DNA from: Octopus sinensis
Taxonomy: Eukaryota
Reading direction: 5' to 3'
NCBI RefSeq assembly: GCF_006345805.1
Contig: NC_043014.1
Location: 8,432,001 to 8,496,000 of the forward strand
Length of the DNA stretch: 64,000 bases
Positions 49,236 to 61,364 of the stretch are shown here, one piece after another. Numbering within the stretch: position 1 is the stretch's first letter; each line of letters starts with the position of its first letter. The notes under the pieces were generated by a model, which saw only the letters and a list, made by a program, of their open reading frames with translations, was not told where the DNA came from and did no database searches. Position numbers and translations under genes: made by a program.

Positions 49236-50184
49236 ATATTTCTTTATTGCCTAAGGTGGTGAGCTGGCAGAAACATTAGCACGCCAGTTGAAATGCTTAG
49301 CGGTACTTCGTCTGTCTTTACATTCTGAGTTCAAATCCTGCCGAGGTCGCTTTTTGCCTTTCATCTTTTTGGGGGTTGATAAATTAAGTACCAGTTGCAT
49401 ATTGGGGTCTATCAAATTGACTGCCCCCCTCCCCCCAAAATTTCAGGCCTTGTGCCCAGAGTAGAAATGTATATTTCTTTATTGCCTAAGGTGGTGAGCT
49501 GGCAGAAACATTAGCACGCCAGGTGAAATGCTTAGCGGTACTTCGTCTGTCTTTACATTCTGAGTTCAAATCCCACCAAGGTCGCTTTTTGCCTTTCATC
49601 TTTTTGGGGGTTGATAAATTAAGTACCAGTTGCATATTGGGGTCTATCAAATTGACTGGCCCCCCTCCCCCCAAAATTTCAGGCCTTGTGCCCAGAGTAG
49701 AAATGTATATTTCTTTATTGCCTAAGGTGGTGAGCTGGCAGAAACATTAGCACGCCAGGTGAAATGCTTAGTAGTACTTCATCTGTCTTTACATTCTGAG
49801 TTCAAATCCCACCAAGGTCGCTTTTTGCCTTTCATCTTCTTGGGGTCGATAAATTAAGTACCAGTTGCATATTGGGGTCTATCAAATTGACTGGCCCCTC
49901 CCCCAAAATTTCAGGCCTTGTGCCCAGAGTAGAAACGTATATTTCTTTATTGCCTAAGGTGGTGAGCTGGCAGAAACATTAGCACGCCAGGTGAAATGCT
50001 TAGTGGTACTTCATCTGTCTTTACATTCTGAGTTCAAATCCTGCCGAGGTCGCTTTTTGCCTTTCATCATTTTGGGGTCAATAAATTAAGTCCCAGTTGC
50101 ATATTGGGGTCTATCAAATCGACTGGCTCCTCCCCCAAAATTTCAGGCCTTGTGCCCAGAGTAGAAACAAATATTTCTTTATTC
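49236..50184 (+). repeat. Tandem array of 4 complete SINE-B (tail type 2) monomers, each carrying the flanking TSD
   Basis: ATATTTCTTTATT at 49236, 49471, 49707, 49939 and 50171; units 232-236 bp. Confidence 0.92.
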
Positions 50185-50594
50185 CCTGACATGTTTTCAC
50201 AGAAGCTTATTTACAACTGCCATGCAATGTCAAGACGAGGAAGCACAAACACAGACACACATGCATATCATCATCATCATCATCATTTAGCATCTGTTGT
50301 TCATGCTGGACTGTTTAACTAGAGCTGGCATCTGAGTTTGTAGGTTTGTAATAGATATCTGTCTCTATTTTGTTCCTGACTTTCTTAATAAGGATATCTA
50401 AAAATGGTAGTTGTTCCTGGTTGTACTCTATCATAAATTGGAGGTTTTCATTTATTCCATTTAGAAGTGTTTGGAATTCGTTAAGTTTTTCTATACTTTC
50501 ATTCCAGAGGATGAAGCAGTCATCGAGATATCTTTTCCAGTTGTTTTGAATGTAGGTGGAAATGGAATTTCCATATTTCTCGAGTGTTCTCTGG

Positions 50595-50625
<31 letters not shown>

Positions 50626-50761
50626 TATATATACACTAATCCCTCGACTATCATGGGTGTTTTGTTCCAAAATCCCCTACAATAGGTGAAAATCTATGAA
50701 GCAGAAACAGTACTGCACCATATATATATCTTTTGTTATTTTAATAATTTGTATATATATA

Positions 50762-52058
50762 CTAGCAGTATCGCCCGGCGTTGCTCAGGTTTGTAAGGGA
50801 AATAACTATATAAGCATTTTTAGAGATGTAAAGTATAATAGCCATCACAATATGGCTAACCACAAGAGGGGGGTGTTACTGTAGCTTTTTACGTTCTGAG
50901 ATTTAATAATAAACTTTTAGAGAGTTACCTCCCTTATATATGCCACAAATGCATTAAAAATGGGGAAAATTGATGGTAATTTTTATTTTAAATCGTAGAC
51001 TCATCGTAGATGCACGCGAATACCCAGAAGGACTCGATATGAATCACGACTATAAGATACCCGGTTTTGGTTAAACTGCACCGCAAAATGTGGGAGTAGT
51101 TAGGAATCTAAATCGTAGGAGACAGACAGCACACAACCTTACTTCTATATATATAAAAGTGAAGTTGTGTGAGTGTCTGTCTCCTACGATTTAGATTCCT
51201 AACTACTCCCACATTTTGCGGTGCAGTTTAACCAAATTCGGGTATCTTATAGTCGTGATTCATATCGAGCCCGTCTGGGTATTAGCGCGCGTCTACGATG
51301 AGTCTACGATTTTAAAAATAATTTACCATAATTTTTTTCCATTTTAACACGTATTTTATCCGTGTGTCGATGGCGGCGGAGTTGGCGTCCATGCTCACAC
51401 CTGCACTTGTGTTGCTTCTCCCCCTTCTTCCCTCCCTCGTGAAGCTGTGGGGAAGGGAGTGTAAGGAAATCAACGTCGTAAAGCGTTGTCAAGGAGACTA
51501 GCGTTCTTTTAGAACAACGACTTCATGGCTTGAAGTCGCCAAAACAGAAATCGCTAAAAAAGCTGAAACAGATCCACAAAAACGGCAAAAACCACTACAC
51601 AGGGCAGGTTTCCTGTGCAAACAATTTGCACAACCGAATGTTTTAGTTGTTGCACAAATCTTTATATATAAAAGTGAAGTTGTGTGTCTGTCTCCTACGA
51701 TTTAGATTCCTAACTACTCCCACATTTTGCGATGCAATTTAACCAAAAGCGGGTATCTTATAGTCGTGATTCATATCGAGCCCTTCTGGGTATTAGCGCG
51801 CGTCTACGATGAGTCTACGATTTAAAAAAAAAATTACCATCATTTTTTCCATTTTAATGCATTTTTTTGCTATTATATAAGGGAAGTAACTCTCTAAAAA
51901 TGTCTACGATGAGTCAACGATTTAAAAAAAAATTACCATCATTTTTTATTCCATTATTTTGCTATTTTTTGGCTATAACTCTCTAAAAATGCTTGTATAG
52001 TTATTTCCCTTACAAACCCGAGCAACGCCGGGCGATATTGCTAGTTTATATATAAAGA
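50762..52058. mobile_element. Cluster of nested/head-to-head non-autonomous Helitrons
   Basis: Minus copy 50762-~51155, plus partial copy from 51144, complete plus copy 51659-52044, further minus-strand 5' TC end at 52058. Confidence 0.8.
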
Positions 52059-52879
52059 TTTTATTATTAATGCAAAACAACACCATGGAGGAATTGACAT
52101 AAGCTTAAATAATAAACTGCGATATGGCAAGTGATTACTGTACACATATATATATATATATACCTTGACAGCTAATCCGGTATCAACATTGCAGGTTTCT
52201 GCTTCTTGAGTTTTCAGTTCCATCATATGAAGGAGTTCAAAATGAGTTTCTTTTACAAGTGAATGATAATATTCAATTTTTTAGCAGTGACACATAGTTT
52301 AAGTAGCCATACACAATATTGAGTGTTAGTCTACATACTGAATCCAAACAAAATCCACTCCATTATGAAGTGAAATAATGATTCAGACTAAGTTACCTGA
52401 GATAAATTATTCTTAAGAAGGGTATAATTCTAACAAACTATTAAACCTTATCTTTAGAGATGAATGGTTTTTCCAATATCTACATTTACATTCTATTTCA
52501 GTTGGTTTAATCTCTGATGCTCATCAGGAGATTTGTATATAAGTCTCAGACAAGATTCAAACTTAGGAACACTTATTTGAAAACTTGGAGGTGGGGAATA
52601 TTGTATGAGGTGAATGACACATATTTGTGAAAGATCTGTGATTTCGATCAAAGTAGCATCATTTGAGTCGTACTTGGTTTCCATTATGCATTCCCTTTCG
52701 TTCTATATCTCTTACTCGCTCTCTGTCTCTCTCTCTTCTCTTCTTTTTTCCTCATTCTTCTCTCTTCTTCTCCACTCTTTCTTTTCTCTCTCTTCTTTTG
52801 AACTTTTTTTTTACCTTTCACCATTTCTCTTTATTTGTATTACTGTTTCTTCCTTCCTTTGTGAGTCGCTCTCCGACTA

Positions 52880-53500
52880 TCTATCTGCGGCTTTATATAG
52901 CTATGGTAAGACCTCACCTGGAATTTGCATCACCGGTCTGGAACCCCTATCTTGCCCAGGATATCAATCATCTGGAAGCCGTTCAGCGACGTGCAACCAA
53001 AAGAATACCCTCCATCAGGCATTTGCCATATTCTGAACGCCTTACTTCTCTGGGCATGGACACATTGAAACTCCGACGTCTGGCAGCTGACTTGGCAGAT
53101 ACCCATAAAATTATCAACCATCTTACGAACAATAACTCTGAGCACCTTTTCAAACTCCACCTGTCTAACACCCGTGGACATATTTACAAAGTCAGAAAAC
53201 AGCACAGCTCCCATGACTTCCGGAAACATTTTTTCACGCTGAGAGTTGCTGAAGCATGGAACAAACTGCCGGCATCAGTTGTTAGTTGTCGGAGCACTGC
53301 ATCCTTGAAAACTTCCATGCTTTCTGAGATTCGCCAACACTACACCTGATTTTCTCCCCTCCATACACACACGAGCATGTATCTGACTCATACATTGTTC
53401 ACTTTCCAGACATTTGTACATTACTGCATATACTTTATACGCACTTTCTGACAAGTTGTGGTGCACCTGAGCACTGTATACAATAATTTCATTATTATTA
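52880..53500 (+). mobile_element. CR1-clade LINE 3' fragment
   Basis: LYIAMVRPHLEFASPVWNPY..LEAVQRRATK..LRRLAADL..TRGH..FFTLRVAEAWNKLP; 3' UTR ends AATAATTTCATTATTATTA. Confidence 0.9.
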
Positions 53501-53553
53501 TATTTTAAATTATTTGGTTCTTAATGACTTTCTTTTCTATCTATGTCCTCACA

Positions 53554-53593
<40 letters not shown>

Positions 53594-53616
53594 CTTTTTT
53601 CTATATATCCCTGCAG

Positions 53617-53716
53617 ATATGTCATCATCAAAAATCCTAGAGGTATTGACTATAAAATCTCAGTCATTCACAGTGACCAAGTGGGAAGAAGTCGTGTGAC
53701 ATTTAATGCATTACAT
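53617..53716 (+). CDS. NSF: NSF-like gene, coding exon 3 (YVIIKNPRGIDYKISVIHSDQVGRSRVTFNALH)
   Basis: ccctgcag acceptor, CAT|gtaagt donor. 100 nt, phase 2 to 0. Corresponds to NSF [33 protein letters not shown]. Confidence 0.85.
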
Positions 53717-54083
53717 GTAAGTATAACACACTTTACAACTAATATATGATTTGTGTTTCTTTGTTTTTCTGCATGTTACATCGATAATTCTCAAAGAAAT
53801 AATCAATTTTGGCATTGATATTTTTCATATATAAATTAGTCATCAAATAGTTACAATTTATTGCACACCTTACCCTTTTCACAGGTATACATCTCTTTGC
53901 CTTCAGCAAAGAAAGAAATAGCAGTGACATATCATTTCCCAGTTCAATGATCTGAGTAAAGTGATTACAGCCAGGAATTGAGACAGTGTTGACTTGATTG
54001 TTATTTTTCAAACTGTTTCTTTCACATTGTGTGTATTTACTGACATGTTTCATTCAATATTTTTTCCATCTGTCTTTGGAAGC

Positions 54084-54458
54084 ACTCCATCGGTTACGAC
54101 GACGAGGGTTCCGGTTGATCCGATCAACGGAACAGCCTGCTCGTGAAATTAACGTGTAAGTGGCTGAGCACTCCACAGACACGTGTACCCTTAACGTAGT
54201 TCTCGGGGATATTCAGCGTGACACAGAGAATGACAAGGCCGGCCCTTTGAAATACAGGTACAACAGAAACAGGAAGTAAGAGTGAGAGAAAGTTGTGGTG
54301 AAAGAGTACAGCAGGGATCACCACCATCCCTGCCGGAGCCTCGTGGAGCTTTAGGTGTTTTTGCTCAATAAACACTCACAACACCCGGTCTGGGAATCGA
54401 AACCGCGATCCTACGACCGCGAGTCCGCTGCCCTAACCACTGGGCCATTGCGCCTCCA
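54084..54458 (-). mobile_element. tRNA-headed SINE with D1 head/middle and D2 tail, 11-bp TSD
   Basis: TSD CATCTGTCTTT at 54067-54077 and 54459-54469. Confidence 0.85.
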
Positions 54459-54471
54459 CATCTGTCTTTAA

Positions 54472-54694
54472 CCCTTTAGTGTTCAGATTATTCTCTCAAA
54501 TGTGATGTTTGTTTATTCATATTGTTTTGAATTAATCATGTATTATCTTGTAGTTTAGAGATTGCAGTGATGTGGGTTTTTTTTAGTTTTAGAATGACAT
54601 GGTAGGGCTGAGGTAAGAAGCAAGCTCTGGTCAGTTTCAATATAAAACAGGTTAAATATTCTGGCCGGATATGGCCGGTTTGAATGCTAAAGGA
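54472..54694. mobile_element. piggyBac-type MITE, diverged
   Basis: TTAA|CCCTTTAGTG ... GCTAAAGGA|TTAA; body matches 18167-18387. Confidence 0.72.
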
Positions 54695-54793
54695 TTAAAT
54701 GATATTTCTCAGCTAGACCAGAATAGTCAGACTGAACCCTGGGCTAAACAATAGCAATAATAGTAATAAGTGAACATTTGAAATATATATATA

Positions 54794-55194
54794 GGCGCAG
54801 GAGTGGCTGTGTGGTAAGTAGCTTGTCTACCAACCACATGGTTCCGGGTTCAGTCCCACTGCGTGGCACCTAGGGCAAGTGTCTTCTGCTATAGCCTCGC
54901 ACCGACCAAAGCCTTGTGAGTGGATTTGGTAGACGGAAACTGAAAGAAGCCCATCGTATATATGTATATACATAAATGCGTGTGTGTGTTTGTGTGTGTC
55001 TGTGTTTGTCCCCTAGCATTGCTTGACAACCGATGCTGGTGTGTTTATGTCCCCGTTACTTAGCGGTTCGGCAAAAGAGACCGATAGAATAAGTACTGGG
55101 CTTACAAAAAAATAAGTCCCGGGGTCGAGTTGCTCGATTAAAGGCGGTGCTCCAGCATGGCCGCAGTCAAATGACTGAAACAAGTAAAAGAGTA
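54794..55194 (+). mobile_element. SINE family A, full length
   Basis: Matches family consensus. Confidence 0.9.
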
Positions 55195-55349
55195 TACAAC
55201 AAGATGCCTCCAGCAGATTGAACTTTTAAGCTTATAAAAAAAGTAGTTGCTTAATACTTCATCCATTATAGTAACTAGCAGAAAGACTGCCCTACAGGTG
55301 GTTTTTCTGCTAGTTGCTCAATGATATTTACACATTTGATTCCTAATTT

Positions 55350-55805
55350 GGTTGTTGGGCCTCATGGAGGCAGCTGGCACCCATGCTGGTGGCACCTTTT
55401 GAGCATTGGACCTCACAAAGGCAACGTGGCTGATGCAAGTGTCGTATAACTGGCACCTGTGCTGGTGGCACGTGAAAAGCACCTTTCAAGTGTTGGGCCT
55501 CGTGGAGGCAATAACAAATGAAGAGACCTTTGGCAATATGCCACGTTTGAGTAGAAGACCCATCAAGCCAAATGAAATCATAGTTGTGGCGGATCCTGGT
55601 GTCATTCAACTGGCACCTGTGCCAGTGACACGTAAAAGTACCCATTACATTCACAGAGTGGTTGACATTAGGAAGGGCATACATCCATAGAAACCATGCC
55701 AAATCAGACTGGAGTCTGGTGCAGCCCCTCATCTTATCAGCCCTGGTCAAACTGTCCAGCCCATACCAGTATGGTCAATGGACATTAAAAGATGATGATG
55801 ATGAT
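55350..55805 (+). mobile_element. Older/diverged family C retroposon with longer 5' extension
   Basis: GGAAGGGCATAC body, (GAT)n tail, degenerate GTGC..GGCAC repeats. Confidence 0.7.
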
Positions 55806-56184
55806 ATTACATCTAATTTTCTTTTGTATCCTTTATTCATCTAATAGCATTCATTCATTTGCTCATTTTGGGCCTAACTACAGAAGTGTGCTTCCCCCAT
55901 TGACTGTTTCTTCATAACTTACTGGAAAATGGATATTTGTTAATGAAATTTTCTACAAATACATTTCGAATAATGTAGATTACAATTATATTGGAATTTT
56001 TTGTGAAAATCATTTTCACAAACACTTTCACAAATTCAGCTTGGGGATAACTTAGCCACCTTCCTGCTACATAATATACTAGATGAGTCAACAAGGTAAG
56101 CCCTAAGTGTGCACTTTACTTACTAGAAATAACAGTTGAATTTCTGTTAAACTACTCTTTGTCTTCATGATAATAAGGGGAACA

Positions 56185-56552
56185 TCTCTATATATATATA
56201 TAAACGGCAAAATGTGTGTGTGTGTGTCCTTTATACAAATCCACAATTTTTCAGTTAGAGGGCTCGCACTTTCTATAGTCCTTCAAAACCGCCTAAGGGT
56301 GGTCGTGCACATCTTTACATTTCCCCAGTCACCCCGCAAATTCATAAAAAAATCAATAGAAGTGACTTTTTTGTGAATTTTCTATCCCAAACCCAATCAA
56401 AATGCCCGAAACTTGATATGCCAATTGAACGCCAGCTAGCTGTATGTGATTGGTCGGAGATTTGGACAGTACTCGTGTATATGTGTGCACGCACGCAGCT
56501 GTATATGCATGCACTAGCACTATGACCTGGCGTTGCCGGGTCATAGTGCTAG
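56185..56552 (+). mobile_element. Second non-autonomous Helitron family
   Basis: A|TCTCTATATATATA 5' end; terminal hairpin + CTAG|T. Confidence 0.75.
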
Positions 56553-56758
56553 TGTTAGATAATGTAGTATTATATGTGCAATATCCGAAAAAAGGATTGG
56601 ATGATCATAATGTGAATGCCTTTGATCATAGACATACACAGTGTAAGTTGAACGGGGGATACTGTACAACAAACTGGATTTAGAAGGATTATTGAAATAT
56701 AAATATTTATGAGAATCTTCTTGTGAAATATTCTATGTTGTTCTGTTCTCTATTTCAG

Positions 56759-56874
56759 AGGAACTGGGCAAGCCTTCCACTTAACCAAAAGGTGGATGTG
56801 ACTCCCATTCCAGAAGGTTCCTTGGATTCTATTGAGTCTATCATTGTTGACATTGATTTCTTCAGCAAGAAGAA
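56759..56874 (+). CDS. NSF: NSF-like gene, coding exon 4 (RNWASLPLNQKVDVTPIPEGSLDSIESIIVDIDFFSKK)
   Basis: ttctctatttcag acceptor, AA|gtaggt donor. 116 nt, phase 0 to 2. Corresponds to NSF RKWAGLSIGQEIEV...IEIDFLQKK. Confidence 0.88.
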
Positions 56875-57171
56875 GTAGGTATTTTATCATGTGCACCATT
56901 TGTTCTTCTTTGTATTTATAGTTGTTGGGATTGAAAGAACTGTAGATGGCCTCTATGGGGATCTCTGAGCTGTATGTAACATCAGGGCCTAATTGTTCCA
57001 AGACCATTCCATTCCTCTGAGAAGCTGTCACAGTGTTATTTGGGCACTCATGTACATTCACTTCACACTGTGATATATATCATTCACAGTTGTGCTGTGT
57101 AGACAACAAACTGTTTATCTTCACTCCCAGTTATAAATGTAGGCTGTGATTTCATTGCACAGTGTAAACTC

Positions 57172-57740
57172 ATCATCATCATCGTTTAACGTCCGTTTTC
57201 CATGCTAGCATGGGTTGGACGGTTCAACTGGGGTCTGGGAAGCCTGAAGGCTGTGCCAGGCCCAGTCTGATCTGGCAGTGTTTTTACAGCTGGATGCCCT
57301 TCCTAACGCCAACCACTCCGTGAGTGTAGTGGGTGCTTTTTACGTGCCACCCGCACAGGTGCCAGGTGAGGCTGGCAACGGCCATGGTCAGATTGGTGCA
57401 ATTTACGTGCCACCGGCATGTATATATATATATATATATATCATTATCATCATCATCATATAACATCCACTTTCCATGGGTTGGACAGTTTGATTGGAAT
57501 TGGCTGGGCAGAAGACTGCAGCAAGCTTTAGTGTCGGTTTTGGTATGGTTTTTGCAGCTGGATGCCCTTCCTAACATCAACCACCCTGCAGAGTGGACTG
57601 GGTGCTTTTTACGTAACACAAACAGAGGTGAGGTCAGTTTTGGCATGGCTTTACAGCTGAATGTCCTTCTAAACACCACCCACTTCACAGTGTGGACTGG
57701 ATGCTTTTTACACGGCATCAGCACTTGCAAGGTCACCAAA
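57172..57740 (-). mobile_element. Two adjacent family C copies (young 57172-57420; old ~57450-57740)
   Basis: Each has a (CAT)n tail and CTGGATGCCCTTCCTAAC. Confidence 0.75.
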
Positions 57741-57969
57741 TAATGTCCAAGACAAATATCCTTTGGGAGGAGGGGACATTGGAGGAGGTCATCCCGTGCC
57801 AGATGATGAAAGGTTAGAGTGTGACAAAGAAATAGATTGAGAGATTATATTTTTCAAAAATCATTTTGTCGTGTGATTTTCCTTCATAACAAATTGTAAA
57901 TCAAATATGAAAATGAAAAAAATTTGTTTTATTCAAAAATATATTTCAGAATATTAATTATAAACACAC

Positions 57970-58326
57970 AGACATTGGCTGTTTGGTAAGAAATTTCCTT
58001 CCCAGCCACATGGTTTCAGGTTCAGTCCCACTGTGTAGCACCTTGAGCAAATGTATTCTACCAAAGCCTTATGAGTGGATTTGGTAAATGGAAACTGAAA
58101 GAAGCCCAACATATGTGTGTATGTGTGTGTATTTGTGTTCAATCCCCATCACCACATGACAACCAGTGTTGGTTTATTTACATCCTCATAACTTAGTGGT
58201 TTGGCAAAAGAAACTGGTGGAATGAATACTAGTCGTAAGAAAAATAAGTGTTGGGGGTCAATTTGTTCGACTAAACCCTTTAAGGCAGTGCCCCAGCATG
58301 GCACAGTCCTTTGACTGAAACAAGTT
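57970..58326 (+). mobile_element. Diverged SINE family A, ending ~85 bp upstream of exon 5
   Basis: Degenerate match to the family consensus. Confidence 0.7.
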
Positions 58327-58409
58327 AGCAATAAACATGACTTGTGTGTCTTTTCCTTTAAAAATCACACAGATATCTCATAGAATCATGCTTTCTCCTT
58401 ATTTGACAG

Positions 58410-58558
58410 AATATCAAATGATCCCATGGATTCTGAATGTATTACGAATGAGTTTATTCAAAAGTTTACTGGGATTTTATTCTCAGTTGGAATGCCATTT
58501 GCGTTTGAGTTTGAAATGAAGAAAACGGTCTTTTCAGCTTCTGTAAAAGAGATTAAAG
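58410..58558 (+). CDS. NSF: NSF-like gene, coding exon 5 (ISNDPMDSECITNEFIQKFTGILFSVGMPFAFEFEMKKTVFSASVKEIK)
   Basis: ctccttatttgacag acceptor, G|gtaaat donor. 149 nt, phase 2 to 1. Corresponds to NSF [45 protein letters not shown]. The gene continues beyond the window. Confidence 0.9.
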
Positions 58559-58852
58559 GTAAATACAATTTCTTTTCTCTTTCTGTTTTCTTTTCTTTCC
58601 GTTTTTTCCTGCAGTGTTTTTATAAAACCTTTCTTTTTATGCTATTGCCAGATTTTTTTGATGTCTTGCATTCTATTGCACATTTAGGTAGTGAAGTAAT
58701 AGACTTTATTGGAATCTTTTGTAAAATAAACGCCTCTTCATATCCAGCTGCTTTTTCTTTCAGTAGATATTCATACGAAGATATGAATTTGTAGAAACAG
58801 CCAACCCCTTTTCATACAGAAAAATGAATTCTGAATTTGATGATATGATGAT

Positions 58853-59065
58853 ATCATCATCATCATCATCGTTTAACGTCTGTTTTCCATGCTAGCATGG
58901 GTTGAATGGTTCAACTGGGGTCTGGGAAGCCAGGAGGCTGCACCAGGCTCCAGTCTGATCTAGCAGTGTTTCTACAGCTGGATGCCCTTCCTAACGCCAA
59001 CCACTCCATGAGTGTAGTGGGTGCTTTTTACGTGGCACCGGCACAATGCCAGACGAGGCTGGCAC
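58853..59065 (-). mobile_element. Family C retroposon
   Basis: Matches family consensus. Confidence 0.85.
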
Positions 59066-59523
59066 AAATAAATATTCAAATCATCATCATCAACATCATA
59101 ATAATAATAATCATGATAATAATAACAATAACAATTCTTTCTCATTTTGACACAAAGTTAGCAGTTTTGAGGGGAGGGGGAAGCCAATCACATCAACACC
59201 AGTGATGTAATTAACTTCATGATATTTATTTTATGAGCCCCAAAAGGATGAAAGATAAAGTCACTCTACATAAAGAGCTGGTAAAAATGTCGCCAAGCAT
59301 TTTTTCCAATGTGTTAAAGATTCTGTCAACTTGTTGCTTTTATAATAATAACAACAATAATAAAAGATTTTCTAACATTAGCACAAAGCCTAAAAAAGTT
59401 GAGAGAGAGGATTAAATCAATTTCGGTATTTTACTGGTATTTATTTTATCAACACTGAGACAATTCTGAGTTCAAATCCTAAGGGGCTGCTTTGGCTTTC
59501 ATCTTTATAAAAATAAGTACTCC

Positions 59524-60365
59524 GGCGCAGGAGTGGCTGTGTGGTAAGTAGCTTGCTAACCAACCACATGGTTCCGGGTTCAGTCCCACTGCGTGGCATC
59601 TTGGGCAAGTGTCTTCTGCTATAGCCCCGGGCCGACCAATGCCTTGTGAGTGGATTTGGTAGACGGAAACTGAAAGAAGCCTGTCGTATATATGTATACA
59701 TATATATATGTATGTGTGTGTGTGTCTGTGTTTGTCCCCCTAGCATTGCTTGACAACCAATGCTGGTGTGTTTACGTCCCCGTCACTTAGCGCTTTGGCA
59801 AAAGAGACCGATAGAATAAGTACTGGGCTTACAAAGAATAAGTCCCGGGGTCGATTTGCTCGACTAAAGGCAGTGCTCCAGCATGGCCGCAGTCAAATGA
59901 CTGAGGGCTGGCAAACCAGATGGCTACACCAGGCTTCAATCTTGATCTGGCAGAATTTCTACAGTTGGATGCCCTTCCTAACGCCAACCACTTTGAGAGT
60001 GTAGTAGGTGCTTTTACGTGCCACCGGCATGGGGCCAGTCAGGTGGTACTGGCAACGACCTCGCTCGAATCTTTTACACATGCCACCGGCACAGGTGCCA
60101 GTAAGGTGATGCTGGTAATGATCACGCTCAAATGGTGTCTTTTACATGCCACCGGCACGGAGGCCAGATAGCCAGTCTGGCAATGATCACGCTCGGATGG
60201 ATGCTCTTAATACCTTACTAGCACAGGGCTCGAGTGCCAGTAAGGCAACGCTGGTAATGATCAAGCTCGAATGGTGCCTTTTAAGTGCCACTGGCACAGA
60301 AGCCGGTTAGCCGCTCTGTCAATGATCACACTCGTATGGTGCTCTTTGCACCCTGCTAGCACGGA
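59524..60365 (+). mobile_element. SINE family A (59524-59905) fused to an antisense family C with extended minisatellite
   Basis: Junction ...CAAATGACTGAG|GGCTGGCAAACC... Confidence 0.78.
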
Positions 60366-60751
60366 CGATGTGATAAAAAATGCTAGGTACTCACATTTTC
60401 ACTCTCTCACCTCTTTGCATTAACACAATTCACTTGTCTATTGAAATATATATTTACTGTCCAATCCTTGATTGTGTAGTAAAAAGTTTATGTTGCAATC
60501 ACTTGATTTTGAGTGTTACCCCACTGAGTGGCACTTTGGCCAAGTGTCTACTACAATGGCCTTGGTTAGCCTCTACCATTGTAAGTCTGTATAAAAGTCC
60601 TTTGTGCATATACATGTATGTGTGTATGCCTGTGTGTTTATGTATTTATTTCCATGTGTCTTCACATTGACTTCATTTAAACTATTTCAGTTTGTTTAAG
60701 TCTTCTGTAAATATTATATCTTATAATTCCACGGTATCATAAGTTTCATGT

Positions 60752-61051
60752 TGTTGTTGTTGTTTGTTCCTTCTCGAGCCATGTCTGGCTCATAAGGGCC
60801 AGTTTCCCGGTTTCTTGGCGTATAGGTTCCCCACCTGGACGGGACGCCGGTCCTTCGCAGGTGAGCTGCAAGATGCAGGAGGAAAGACTGAGAGAAAGTT
60901 GGGGCGAAAGAGTCAGCAATTACCTTCTGCCAGAGCCGCGTGGAGCTTAGGTGTTTCGCTCATAAACACACACATCGTCCGGTCTGAGATTCGAACCCAC
61001 GATCCCTCGACCACAAGTCCGCTGCTCTAACCACTAGGCCATGTGCCTTCA
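60752..61051 (-). mobile_element. tRNA-headed SINE (family D3) with (AAC)n tail, 14-bp TSD
   Basis: TSD CATAAGTTTCATGT at 60738-60751 and 61052-61065; middle shares GAGAGAAAGTT..GGAGCTTAGGTGTTT with D1. Confidence 0.85.
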
Positions 61052-61364
61052 CATAAGTTTCATGTGAACATCAATGAATACAGATACCTTACTTTGAAAA
61101 ACTGAGGCTGGAAATAGAAAGTGTATCTAACCTTTGAATGCCTCCTCAATAAGCTTTGTTTAACCCATGCAAGTATGGAAAAAGCAGATAATAAAAAAAA
61201 ACAATGATGACAACAATTACATTGGAAGCAATTGGTAGCAGAATTGGTAGAGTGACTGACAAAATACCTTACAGTATTAAGTTACATTACTCTACTTCCT
61301 AAATTCAAGTTCTTCAACTTTTCTCTTTCTAGAGATGATAAAATAAAAACTTGTAATATATAGA

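Noticed and set aside
53885-53967. Strong-looking acceptor (ccttttcacag) in intron 3
   Set aside because: The in-frame reading stops after 21 codons with no NSF similarity, and exons 3 and 4 already join in phase. RNA-seq could still reveal a poison exon.
56750-57061. 103-aa minus-strand ORF with protein-like composition
   Set aside because: It lies antisense to NSF exon 4, which has canonical splice sites and homology; I recognise no motif in it.
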